This document shows, one piece after another, positions 8,545 through 17,756 of a stretch of DNA of 54,036 nt. The translations under genes were made by a program, and so were the position numbers. Positions within the stretch are counted from its first letter, which is position 1. Each line of letters opens with the position of its first letter. This stretch comes from an uncultured Bacillota bacterium. GTDB taxonomy: Bacteria > Bacillota_I > Bacilli_A > ML615J-28 > CAG-313. The stretch lies in contig CAMODB010000006.1 of NCBI GenBank assembly GCA_946611195.1, positions 1-54,036 on the forward strand, in the 5' to 3' direction. The notes under the pieces were generated by a model. That model was not told the origin of the DNA. It did no database searches and worked only from the letters and a program-made list of their open reading frames with translations.

Positions 8545-8599
8545 TCACCCAAAATTCATACTAACCATCATCTCTTAAGGTTACAGCGGAATAATGTGA
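8545..8599 (-). promoter_or_regulatory. Putative L19 leader RNA
   Basis: 5' UTR contains TTCCGCTG followed by hairpin TAACC..GGTTA, resembling the Firmicutes L19 leader; promoter TTGAAA-17-TATAAT at 8651-8623. Confidence 0.5.
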
Positions 8600-8708
8600 T
8601 AGCTATTCTTTATAGCCTCTATATTATATCATTATTGACTTACTTTTTCAATGATATTGCATAAGGAAAATAGAGTAAATAAATGAAATATTAAAAACAA
8701 TAAGCTAT

Positions 8709-9479
8709 CTAATCTTGTTTATAATTCCAAACGACTATTCTATTAAAAGCACACCAATTTTCTGCCCAGCCTTCTGGTTTTTCTTCTCTTTCACAATAAA
8801 TAATAGCATCTTTATTATTTAAGCCAATAGCTTTTGCACCAATATTAACAACACTAGCTGGAATAATTAGATTATCAAAATAGGTTCTGTATAAAGCCAT
8901 TTCACTTAAAGTTTCTAATTTATTTGGTAAAACTATTTCTTTTAAATTTTTACATCCATCAAAAACATTATTTTCTATTTTTAATAACGTGTTAGGTAAA
9001 TTAACATTAGTTAAATTTTCACACATATTAAAGGCATATTGTTCAATAACTTCGACCCCTTCTGGAATATCGATTGAGGTTAGGGAAGTACAACCATCAA
9101 ATAACCAAGAACTTATTGTTTTTAAATCTTTAGGTAATTTAATTGATTTTAAAGAACTACATTCAATGAAAGCCCCTTCTTCAATTGTTTTAATTGTATC
9201 CGGCAAGATAATTGATTCTAATTTATTTTTATGTTTAAAAGCTACTGATTGAATTTCGGTAACCACACAACCATCTATCATTGCCGGTACTTCTAATTCT
9301 GTAAGATCATCTATTAAAAACCTTGCGATAGACAATTCATCATTAGTCTTTTTAAATTCAAATAATGGTTGCCATTTTTCATTAATAATCATATTATTAG
9401 TGACTACATCATCTTCAAAATCCCATTTTAGATCATTAACATACCAGCCTTTATAAATATAGCCAATTCTTTCTTGCAC
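8709..9479 (-). CDS. BspA/TpLRR-type leucine-rich repeat region (3' part of the split gene)
   Basis: LxSIxLPxxLxxIxxxAFxxCxxL repeats; frame is open upstream to 9617. Confidence 0.7.
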   Translation of the reverse strand: MQERIGYIYKGWYVNDLKWDFEDDVVTNNMIINEKWQPLFEFKKTNDELSIARFLIDDLTELEVPAMIDGCVVTEIQSVAFKHKNKLESIILPDTIKTIEEGAFIECSSLKSIKLPKDLKTISSWLFDGCTSLTSIDIPEGVEVIEQYAFNMCENLTNVNLPNTLLKIENNVFDGCKNLKEIVLPNKLETLSEMALYRTYFDNLIIPASVVNIGAKAIGLNNKDAIIYCEREEKPEGWAENWCAFNRIVVWNYKQD

Positions 9480-9586
9480 AAGCGGTTCGGTTAATTTTGT
9501 ACCATAGACTACTTCTTGTGTTTCAAATTCATTTTTATTATAATATTTATATGATACTACAAAAGTTTTTATCTTCCATTTTGCAG

Positions 9587-10027
9587 TTAAAGATAAATCA
9601 TTTGACTTTCGATTTTTTCATCATTTTGATACCAGCCTAAAAAATCATAACCTTCTCTTTCCAGTATTGGTAAATCATAAGGTGAATCATATTGAACCTT
9701 TAATATATTATTATCTAATTCTATTTCACTATTAGCATCTAAATTTATTTGATATTCTATTGGTAACCAATGCGCATCTAAAGTAATACTTTCTTGTAAG
9801 GTATCTTTAGCTGAATTCCATTTTTTATCGCCATAATACCATCCATCAAATGTGTAACCGACTCTTTCTAAATCCACATATAGTGGTACTTTATCACCAA
9901 CATTGAGTTTAAGATCGTTACATTTAATATCACAATTAGTTTCAAATCTGACTGTTAAAGTATTATCACAACTATTTAAGACAAATAATAAACTAAATAT
10001 AAATAATATAAAATAGATTTTTCTCAT
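9587..10027 (-). CDS. Lipoprotein with InlB B-repeats (5' part of the split gene)
   Basis: Lipobox LNSC; RxGYxFxGWY...ITLDAHW repeats. Confidence 0.7.
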   Translation of the reverse strand: MRKIYFILFIFSLLFVLNSCDNTLTVRFETNCDIKCNDLKLNVGDKVPLYVDLERVGYTFDGWYYGDKKWNSAKDTLQESITLDAHWLPIEYQINLDANSEIELDNNILKVQYDSPYDLPILEREGYDFLGWYQNDEKIESQMIYL

Positions 10028-10090
10028 TCTTCTTTTTCCTCCATATCTATTATACTATATTATTTAAAAAAAGGCTCATTTAAAAATAAA

Positions 10091-10114
10091 AATAGGTCTA
10101 AATATAGACCTATT
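10091..10114 (-). terminator. Intrinsic terminator overlapping the stop codon
   Basis: AATAGGTCTA-aata-TAGACCTATT perfect hairpin with a T-rich tail on the minus strand. Confidence 0.65.
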
Positions 10115-10730
10115 CTACCATTGCATCTCTTACTTCTTGTTCAGCATCTACTACTTTTTGTTGTTCTTCTACATTTTTAGCTACTTCATCAATGGCTTTT
10201 AAACCATGAACTAAGTCTAAGAAAGCATCAAGACAAAGTAATAGAGCAGATAACATTAAGATTACCCCAATGATAATGCATAAAACTTCACGAGCTGTTT
10301 CATTAGTTAAGAATAAAATACCTAATACTAATAAAGCACCACCAATAACTAGATAAATAATAGCCTTAACAACACCACGTTTAAAGATAAGTGTTAGAAT
10401 TGCTTCAAGAACAATATATGAACCTAAAACAATTAATAATAAGGCTAAATATGATTCTAGCGGGATAATACTAACAAAGCATAATATACCTAATGCTATT
10501 GTTCCCGCATTAACTGATGCAGAAGCAGTTAAAGCACTCTTTTCAGTAATTAAGTCACTAATTAGTGTCGCAAAGCCAGTTAGTAATAAAACAATACCTA
10601 AAATAATACTGATTGTTTTATCAAAACTACGGTTGATAAGTAGAGTTAAACCTACTACAAAAATAAGAATAGCTTCTACTATTTTTAATACTTGAGCAGT
10701 AAGTAAAATTAATTTTGCATTCTTTTTCAT
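10110..10730 (-). CDS. Multi-pass membrane protein (DUF308/HdeD-like)
   Basis: About 6 TM helices with repeated GxxLLxxG patterns; RBS AAAGGAG before ATG 10730. Confidence 0.7.
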   Translation of the reverse strand: MKKNAKLILLTAQVLKIVEAILIFVVGLTLLINRSFDKTISIILGIVLLLTGFATLISDLITEKSALTASASVNAGTIALGILCFVSIIPLESYLALLLIVLGSYIVLEAILTLIFKRGVVKAIIYLVIGGALLVLGILFLTNETAREVLCIIIGVILMLSALLLCLDAFLDLVHGLKAIDEVAKNVEEQQKVVDAEQEVRDAMVE

Positions 10731-10863
10731 AATAAACTCCTTTCTTTTCTTAAGCATACATATTATACTCTTTTTTTAGTAAATAGTTTAATATTTGCTT
10801 TTGGCAAATAAGTATTATTATCCAAGTTTTTATGGTATAATATCTTGTAGATTGGAGATTATT

Positions 10864-11721
10864 ATGGCTATTAAAATTGGTGACATTAATAAACTTAAAG
10901 TAAAAAGGGAAACAAATATTAGTTATATCTTATATCCCTTAGATAATATTGATGAAGAAATCTTTTTACATTTTAATGAAACAAAGACTCCTTTAAAAGA
11001 GAATCAAATCGTTGATGCTTTTTTATATTATGATAATAAAAAACGATTAGCAGCTACAACTTATTTACCTACTGTTACAGTTTCCAAAATTGGCATGGGT
11101 AAATGTGTTGATGTGAAATTTGATATGGGTTGTTTTATGAATATTGGTATTTCTAAAGATATTCTTTTATCTTGTGATGATTTACCAAAAAATATTAATG
11201 GTTGGCCTAAAGTTGGTGAAGAATTACCTTTAATATTAAAAACTAAGCCTAACCATTTAGTCGCAAAAATTCCTTCCAAAGAAGAATTGAGAAAGACTGT
11301 TTTAAATAAGAAAGTTAAAGATGAAACAGAAGCTATTATTTGCGGTTTCACCTCTACTGGTGTATTTGCAGTAACAAGAGATTTTGAATATATCTATATT
11401 CATAAGAGCATGCTTAGAAAAAAATATCATATTGGGGAAATTGTTAACGTAACTATTGTCGGAATCAACGAACATAATGAATATAATGGTTCTTTAATTA
11501 AACAAAAAGAAACAATGATGGTTGATGATAGTAAAATGATTATCAATTATTTAAATGAATTTGGTACCCTTCCTCTAGGAGATAAATCAACACCAGAAGA
11601 TATTAATAAAATCTTTCCCCTATCTAAATCGGCTTTTAAAAGAGCCATTGGGACATTATATAAACAAAGAGCCATTGAAATATATGATTATAAAATAATA
11701 TTAATTAAAGATAATAATTAA
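10864..11721 (+). CDS. cvfB: CvfB/YitL-family S1 RNA-binding protein
   Basis: FLYYD...RLAATT, KDILL and C-terminal winged helix DKSTPEDI...SKSAFKRAIGTLYK; RBS GGAG before ATG 10864. Confidence 0.88.
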   Translation: MAIKIGDINKLKVKRETNISYILYPLDNIDEEIFLHFNETKTPLKENQIVDAFLYYDNKKRLAATTYLPTVTVSKIGMGKCVDVKFDMGCFMNIGISKDILLSCDDLPKNINGWPKVGEELPLILKTKPNHLVAKIPSKEELRKTVLNKKVKDETEAIICGFTSTGVFAVTRDFEYIYIHKSMLRKKYHIGEIVNVTIVGINEHNEYNGSLIKQKETMMVDDSKMIINYLNEFGTLPLGDKSTPEDINKIFPLSKSAFKRAIGTLYKQRAIEIYDYKIILIKDNN

Positions 11722-11768
11722 GGCCTTAATTCTTTTATGAATTAATAAATATCAAATAATAGAAATAA

Positions 11769-11806
11769 AATAAAATATGGGTATCTTTCGATACCCATAT
11801 TTTATT
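11769..11806. terminator. Bidirectional intrinsic terminator
   Basis: 17-bp perfect inverted repeat AATAAAATATGGGTATC-tttc-GATACCCATATTTTATT between convergent genes. Confidence 0.85.
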
Positions 11807-11829
11807 ATTGAATTTTAAAAGACCTTTAT

Positions 11830-12267
11830 TTAACATCCACAATCATATTCACCACTATCAAAGATAAAATAATCTTGATATTGTTTATTAAAGTCTTGAT
11901 ATGGCATGATAAGTAAATTAACAATTTTATATTTACCTTTTAAATTATCTAAATTAATATTTATATCACTATATAGATATATATAATAATCTTTCGAATA
12001 ATTATCTGATAAATAAGATATAAAGTCATTTAGATTGTTTTTTTCTAAATCATAATTTTGCATTTGTTTTAAATGCTTTTCTAAATAATGTTCACTTTCT
12101 CTTAAATCAAAAGCAGCATATTTTATATTACTTGTATTGATTGCTTCATACAAAGAATCAGCATAGATTTTTGAATCATCAGTGTTATAAACATTATAAC
12201 TTTTTGTACTACAAGAAGTAATTAAAATTAAGAATAATAGAATTAAGAAAATTATTTTTTTATTCAT
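11830..12267 (-). CDS. Putative lipoprotein with a degenerate rhodanese-like domain
   Basis: Lipobox ITSC; FDLRESEHYLEKHL resembles the rhodanese DVR..EY..GHI motif; ends in DCGC. Confidence 0.55.
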   Translation of the reverse strand: MNKKIIFLILLFLILITSCSTKSYNVYNTDDSKIYADSLYEAINTSNIKYAAFDLRESEHYLEKHLKQMQNYDLEKNNLNDFISYLSDNYSKDYYIYLYSDININLDNLKGKYKIVNLLIMPYQDFNKQYQDYFIFDSGEYDCGC

Positions 12268-12991
12268 TTTTGATTTTCTCCAAATATTCTAAATCTTCTT
12301 TATTTAAATTACTTTTTTCAAGTAAATCAGGTCGATTAAGATAAGTTTTCTTTATTGATTCTTCTCTTTTCCATTTTTCTACTTTTTGATGATGTCCAGA
12401 TATTAAGACTTCCGGAACTATTTTTCCTTCAAATTCTTGAGGGCGAGTATATTGTGGATATTCTAATAAATTATTTTCATAACTTTCAATATCTATTGAT
12501 CCTTCACTTAAAACACCTGGTATTAAACGAGATATGGAATCAAGAAGAATTAAAGATGGTAGTTCTCCGCCAGTTAAGACATAATCACCAATCGAATATT
12601 CATAATCAACATAATCTAAGATACGATTATCAATACCTTCATAATGACCACAAATAATAATAAAATGGTCATTATTTTTTATTAGATTTTTAGCACAATC
12701 TTGTTTATATAATTTACCAGAAGCTGATGTTAAAATTTTCGTAGCTTTTTCATAATTTGGAATTGACCTTAAACAATGGACAATTGGATCAATTCTAATT
12801 AACATTCCTTTACCACCACTATAAGCATAATCATCGACTGTGGAATGTTTATTACCACTAAAGGCTCTAAAATTATGAACATGAACTTCAATTAAATTAT
12901 TTTCAATGGCTCTTTTGATAATTGATTCTTTAATATAAGAATCGATAATATCAGGAAAGAGGGTTAATATATCAAATCTCGTCATTTTCAT
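12260..12991 (-). CDS. trmD: tRNA (guanine37-N1)-methyltransferase
   Basis: LTLFP, VDD...GGKGML, CGHYEGID, SIGDYVLTGGE, LLEYPQYTRP. Confidence 0.98.
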   Translation of the reverse strand: MKMTRFDILTLFPDIIDSYIKESIIKRAIENNLIEVHVHNFRAFSGNKHSTVDDYAYSGGKGMLIRIDPIVHCLRSIPNYEKATKILTSASGKLYKQDCAKNLIKNNDHFIIICGHYEGIDNRILDYVDYEYSIGDYVLTGGELPSLILLDSISRLIPGVLSEGSIDIESYENNLLEYPQYTRPQEFEGKIVPEVLISGHHQKVEKWKREESIKKTYLNRPDLLEKSNLNKEDLEYLEKIKNE

Positions 12992-13496
12992 TCACCACAT
13001 CAATTTTATTGATGATTATTTTATCACTAATAGATTTAATAAAATCTTTTGCAATCGGAATTAAAATTGTCTTTTTATCCATCGATATTATTTCTAATAA
13101 ATCTTTAGTTGGTTTAGGCATTAAGATAACATCTTTAACTTTTCCTACATATTCATCATTATCATAATATACTTTTAGATTTACTAAATCATCAACAAAA
13201 TATTCATCATTATTTAAAATAGGATTATCTTCTCTTGCGGCATAAATATCAAAACCAATGAAATTAGTTACTTCATTAATATCAAATAAATTATCAATGG
13301 TAATTACAGGATTATTCTTTAACATGCGAAAAGAGGTAATAGTATGAACATAATATTCATTTCTTAATTTAAAATATATTTTATTATTTTTCTTAAAGCG
13401 TTCAAAGATAAAATCACTTTCTGTACTTATTTTTAATTCCCCTTTAAGACCAAAAGTATTAACGATTTTACCAATTAAGATATATTTATTTTCCAT
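12972..13496 (-). CDS. rimM: Ribosome maturation factor RimM
   Basis: IGKIVNTFGLKGELK, EYFVDDLV, ILIP; lies upstream of trmD. Confidence 0.95.
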   Translation of the reverse strand: MENKYILIGKIVNTFGLKGELKISTESDFIFERFKKNNKIYFKLRNEYYVHTITSFRMLKNNPVITIDNLFDINEVTNFIGFDIYAAREDNPILNNDEYFVDDLVNLKVYYDNDEYVGKVKDVILMPKPTKDLLEIISMDKKTILIPIAKDFIKSISDKIIINKIDVVNENDEI

Positions 13497-16017
13497 CTTT
13501 TTCTATCTCCGCATCATTTTCTTTATTTGTATTACCCAAATCAATTACATTTTGTAAACCAAAGAGTCGCATTAAAGTTAAAGAATTAAGGATTGCGATT
13601 AAGGATACACCAACATCTGAGAAGATGGCAAGCCATAGTGATAAAATTTGCGTTGATTCCGTTGAAGAAAGTAGGGCTATTACCGCAATGATTGCTTTAA
13701 CAGATAAACTAAAAGCAATATTAAAAATAACCCGACGTTTGGTAGCTTTCGTAATCTTCATAAGTTCATTTAATTTATTCAAATCATCACTCATGATTAC
13801 AATATCCGAAATGGATATGGTTGCATCACTAGCGGTATCTCCCATTGCGATACCGACATCGGAAGCCGCAATTACTGGTGCATCATTAATACCATCACCA
13901 ACATAAGCAGTTGTTCCATTTTTTCTTTGGGAACTTTCTCTTATTTTATCCATATATTCTACTTTTTCATCTGGTAAGAGTTCAGCATATACTTCATCAA
14001 TTTGTAGAGTATTGGCGACATTGTCCGCAATGGATTTAGAATCACCAGTTAACATATAGACTTTACTTACGCCTGCTTTTCTTAGTTGGGTAATTGTTGA
14101 GAAGGCATCTTCACGAATAGAATCACCGATTACAACATAACCGATAAAAACTCTTTCCTTAAAGACATAAAGTATTAGATTAGGGTTATAGACTTCTGGG
14201 AATACTAATTTTTCTTTTATCGCAAGACGACGATTAGCTACCATGACATGACTACCATTGATAGTTGCTCTAGCACCTCCAAGCATTGAATGGAAATCAT
14301 CAATGATTTCCGTAAAGATTCCATCGCGTCCTGCTTGATCAACTAAACTTCTACCAATTGGATGATCAGAATAATATTCTGTATAAATGAATAATCTTCT
14401 TACTTCTTCTTCTTTATATCCTTGGGCTGTAACAATATTAGTAATTACGAAATTACCTTTTGTTAAGGTACCTGTTTTATCAAAAACAATATTTTCAATA
14501 TTAGAAGCTGCTTCTAAGAAATTAGATCCTCTTATTAAAATACCTCTTTTACTAGCTACCCCAATACCACAGAAGAAAGCAAGTGGTACTGATATTACTA
14601 AAGCACATGGACAAGATATAATTAGATATTCACTAGCGATATAGAGCCAATGCATAAAGAAGTCCGTATATTCTTCATATCCGGGATGCCAGATACCGCC
14701 AATAGCTCCTACAAGTAATAAGATAGCCGCAATACCCACAACAATAGGCGTATAATAACGACAGAAACGAGTAATAAAATTTTCACTCTTTGATTTATTA
14801 ATTGTCGCATTTTCCACCATATCTAAGATTCTTGTCATCATTGAATTATTGTAAGTTCTGGTAACTCTTATTTCAATATTCGAGCCCAAATTTAGACTTC
14901 CCGATAAGACTTCATCATTAACATTAACTGTTCTTGCTTTTGATTCCCCAGTAATATTTTTAGTATCAAGAATGGTTTTACCTTTACAAACAATACCATC
15001 TACTGGTATCATTTCCCCTTTACCAACGACAATTACATCATCAGGCAAGACTCCTTCTACTTCTATTTCTGTAATATCTTCACCAAGACGAACCTTAACT
15101 AATTGTACTTCATAACTAAGTAATTTTTGAATTGATTTACGACTACGATTAACAGCTAAATTTTGTAAAAATTCTCCTAATTGGTAAAGAATCATTATTA
15201 ATCCAGCTTCTGGGAAATGTTGGGTGATAATGGCTCCGATTGATGCAACCGTCATTAAGAAATTTTCATCAAAGATACGTCCTCTAAAAAGATTTTTAAT
15301 AAAACGCCAAATGATTTGATGACCAACCAAAAGATAACCTAATATTAGAATAATTACCCCAATTGTTCCTTGTGTACCATTAATTGGTGAATAATCTCTT
15401 TGTAAGAATATTTTCTTAAAGTCATAGGCAACAGCTATTCCGACAACTAATAATAAGGCTCCTAATAAGATAATTATTGCTTGTGGTTTTTTAATTTTAT
15501 TACCAATTTCTTGTTGAATTGGTTTACCTTTTTCAGCTGATTGAACAACTATTCTTTCATCAACACGGTGGGCGACATCTGATAATCTTTCTTCGATATG
15601 ATCGATCAAATCTTTATCGGTTGTTTCAATGATAAAACGATAAGTTGGATAATCAACAACTATTTTTTGATGATTGAATTCTTGTTTTGCGATAGTCTCA
15701 ACTCTTAAGCCACAATAAGCACAATCTAAGCCATTTAGATATAAGACTCTTCGATATACTTCCACATCATCGATACTCACAATCGTTGCATGTTTTTCAT
15801 ATTGACGAATGGCTTTTAATAATTTATTATTTAAATTTTTAAAATAATCATCAACTTTATAATGTTCTTCGGGTGGAGTGCATTCAATAACTAAGATTTT
15901 AGTTTCTCTATCGATTGTAGCATTAAAGATAGAATCAATCTTCTTTATTTCATTAACGATACGATTAAGCCCTTTAGAAGAGCTCATCTTACTAATTTGA
16001 TATTTCTTTACTTCCAT
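13486..16017 (-). CDS. Heavy-metal P1B-2 ATPase (Zn/Cd/Pb; ZntA/CadA-like)
   Basis: HMA GLDCAYC, TGES, CPC, DKTGT, HP, GDGINDAP, late-TM K and SDVG. Confidence 0.93.
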   Translation of the reverse strand: MEVKKYQISKMSSSKGLNRIVNEIKKIDSIFNATIDRETKILVIECTPPEEHYKVDDYFKNLNNKLLKAIRQYEKHATIVSIDDVEVYRRVLYLNGLDCAYCGLRVETIAKQEFNHQKIVVDYPTYRFIIETTDKDLIDHIEERLSDVAHRVDERIVVQSAEKGKPIQQEIGNKIKKPQAIIILLGALLLVVGIAVAYDFKKIFLQRDYSPINGTQGTIGVIILILGYLLVGHQIIWRFIKNLFRGRIFDENFLMTVASIGAIITQHFPEAGLIMILYQLGEFLQNLAVNRSRKSIQKLLSYEVQLVKVRLGEDITEIEVEGVLPDDVIVVGKGEMIPVDGIVCKGKTILDTKNITGESKARTVNVNDEVLSGSLNLGSNIEIRVTRTYNNSMMTRILDMVENATINKSKSENFITRFCRYYTPIVVGIAAILLLVGAIGGIWHPGYEEYTDFFMHWLYIASEYLIISCPCALVISVPLAFFCGIGVASKRGILIRGSNFLEAASNIENIVFDKTGTLTKGNFVITNIVTAQGYKEEEVRRLFIYTEYYSDHPIGRSLVDQAGRDGIFTEIIDDFHSMLGGARATINGSHVMVANRRLAIKEKLVFPEVYNPNLILYVFKERVFIGYVVIGDSIREDAFSTITQLRKAGVSKVYMLTGDSKSIADNVANTLQIDEVYAELLPDEKVEYMDKIRESSQRKNGTTAYVGDGINDAPVIAASDVGIAMGDTASDATISISDIVIMSDDLNKLNELMKITKATKRRVIFNIAFSLSVKAIIAVIALLSSTESTQILSLWLAIFSDVGVSLIAILNSLTLMRLFGLQNVIDLGNTNKENDAEIEKDGK

Positions 16018-16089
16018 GGACTTAACCTCCTTACTTCTTATTATACTATATTTTTTTTATATTTTCCATTTATAATATTCAGGGTAAAG

Positions 16090-16120
16090 AAAAAGGTATT
16101 ATAGAAACTATAATACCATT
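16090..16120 (-). terminator. Intrinsic terminator after khpA
   Basis: GGTATTATAG-ttt-CTATAATACC followed by TTTTT on the minus strand. Confidence 0.8.
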
Positions 16121-16378
16121 TTATTCTTCTTCATTGACAAATTCAATTTCGACATTTTGTTTGCAACGAATTGCTGCTGCATGAACAATAGTTCTAATTG
16201 AACTAGCAACACGTCCTTTTTTACCAATTACACGTCCAATATCATCTTTATTAACTAAGACTTCTAATTTACATACATTATCTATAAAAGATACTTGATT
16301 AACATTGACATCTTCAGGGTGTGATACTAAAGGCTTAATGATTTCAGTAACAAGACTTACATAATTAATATTATCCAT
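16121..16378 (-). CDS. khpA: KH-domain RNA-binding protein KhpA
   Basis: DIGRVIGKKGRVASSIRT; downstream of rpsP. Confidence 0.93.
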   Translation of the reverse strand: MDNINYVSLVTEIIKPLVSHPEDVNVNQVSFIDNVCKLEVLVNKDDIGRVIGKKGRVASSIRTIVHAAAIRCKQNVEIEFVNEEE

Positions 16379-16388
16379 TATTTGTCAC

Positions 16389-16655
16389 CTACTTTGTTTC
16401 TTTCTCAGATGCTTTTGCAAGTAAACCTTGAGCTTTTAAGAAAGATTTTACAGTATCGGTAGGTTTTGCACCATCAGCTAACCATTTTAAAACTTTTTCT
16501 TCATCAAAAGTAACTGTAGCAGGATCAGTTAATGGATTATAAGTACCAACAATTTCGATATATCTACCATCACGAGGATTACGTGAATCTGTAGCAACAA
16601 TACGGTAAAAAGGATTTTTCTTTGAACCAAATCTTTGAGATCTTAATCTAACCAT
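16389..16655 (-). CDS. rpsP: 30S ribosomal protein S16
   Basis: [27 protein letters not shown]. Confidence 0.99.
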   Translation of the reverse strand: MVRLRSQRFGSKKNPFYRIVATDSRNPRDGRYIEIVGTYNPLTDPATVTFDEEKVLKWLADGAKPTDTVKSFLKAQGLLAKASEKETK

Positions 16656-16688
16656 TTGTTTATACCTCCTTCTTCTTTGACTGTCATT

Positions 16689-16733
16689 ATTTTATCATAT
16701 TTTATATAGTGTGTCAAGTAAAATAACTTGACA
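16689..16733 (-). promoter_or_regulatory. rpsP promoter with an inverted repeat over the -35
   Basis: TTGACA (16717-16712), 17 bp, TAAAAT with extended TG; palindrome TGTCAAGT-N6-ACTTGACA at 16712-16733. Confidence 0.75.
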
Positions 16734-16734
16734 G

Positions 16735-17010
16735 TCATTTATTTAATCTTTCTTTAATTCCTTTAATTGTTTTATAAATAGAAACACCAGTTTTTTCTTC
16801 ATACATCTTGTCATATCTTTTTTCAAAAGAGAGACTATTAAGTATTTTCTTATATTGTAAATAAGCTTCATATAATTCAATATCTTTCATTCTACCATCT
16901 TGAAAAACTGATACTTTATTAAAGAATTCCACAATTGTTACTACTTCATCAATCGTAAAGGAATCATAATCAATTTCAATATTAATATTTTCTTCATTAT
17001 TCTTTTTCAT
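16735..17010 (-). CDS. UPF0223 (YktA-like) protein
   Basis: F.IDE...IVEFFNKV...Y..YK.I..S...EK...YE..TGVSIY pattern. Confidence 0.75.
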   Translation of the reverse strand: MKKNNEENINIEIDYDSFTIDEVVTIVEFFNKVSVFQDGRMKDIELYEAYLQYKKILNSLSFEKRYDKMYEEKTGVSIYKTIKGIKERLNK

Positions 17011-17104
17011 ATTTATCACCACCTATATTATAACATAATCAATGTAATTTTTTTGCGATAAATAATATTTTTTGATATAATAAGGAATGAAAGAGGTGAT
17101 ATCT

Positions 17105-17695
17105 ATGGCTAAAGAAAAGAAACCAGGTTTCTTCGCTGAATTCAAAGCATTTATAATGCGTGGTAATATCGTAGATATGGCAATAGGTGTTATTATTGCT
17201 GGTGCTTTCACTAAAATTGTTACTTCCTTAACTAATGATATCTTCATGCCAATCATTAACTGGATTGTTTCCTTAATTACTGGTGGCAAAGATGTATTAT
17301 TAATTAGTGTGTTAAATGGTAAACCATATTTCATTGAAGAAACAGTTGATGGTGAAGTAGTTAAGACTGTTAATAGTGAATGTATCTATATCAACTGGTC
17401 TAACTTCATTGAAGCAATAATTAATTTCCTTCTTATCGCATTAATCTTATTCATTATCGTTAAGACTATTAATAATGTACATAAGAAATTAGAAGCCAGA
17501 AAAGCGGAAATGGAAGCTAAATTACATGCAGAAGAAATAGCTAAGAAAGAAGCTGAAGAAAAAGAAAAAGCAGAAATCGAAGCTAAAGAAGCTGAAGAAA
17601 AAGCTGCTCTTCAAGCTAAACTTGATAAGGAAAAAGCTGAATCAATGACTACTAATGAATTATTAGTTGAATTGATTAATAAACTTAGCAAGTAA
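17105..17695 (+). CDS. mscL: Large-conductance mechanosensitive channel
   Basis: EFKAFIMRGNIVDMAIGVIIAGAF...DIFMP...FIEAIINFL; RBS GAGGTG before ATG 17105. Confidence 0.96.
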   Translation: MAKEKKPGFFAEFKAFIMRGNIVDMAIGVIIAGAFTKIVTSLTNDIFMPIINWIVSLITGGKDVLLISVLNGKPYFIEETVDGEVVKTVNSECIYINWSNFIEAIINFLLIALILFIIVKTINNVHKKLEARKAEMEAKLHAEEIAKKEAEEKEKAEIEAKEAEEKAALQAKLDKEKAESMTTNELLVELINKLSK

Positions 17696-17706
17696 AAACA
17701 AATGAT

Positions 17707-17743
17707 AGAAGTAGTACTTTTTAGTATTACTTCTTTCTTTTTT
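17707..17743 (+). terminator. Intrinsic terminator after mscL
   Basis: AGAAGTAGTACT/AGTATTACTTCT stem plus T-run. Confidence 0.65.
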
Positions 17744-17756
17744 AATAGGTGAAAAT

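Larger units (their letters stand above)
8709..10027 (-). pseudogene. Frameshifted lipoprotein gene: 3 InlB B (Listeria-Bacteroides) repeats plus BspA-type LRR
   Basis: The upstream ORF stops inside repeat 2; the -1 frame, open from 9617, resumes NDLSLTAKW and runs into the LRR ORF. Confidence 0.75.

Noticed and set aside
9587-9620. Programmed -1 ribosomal frameshift
   Set aside because: No canonical X XXY YYZ heptamer or clear stimulatory structure; the shortened repeat fits a deletion better.
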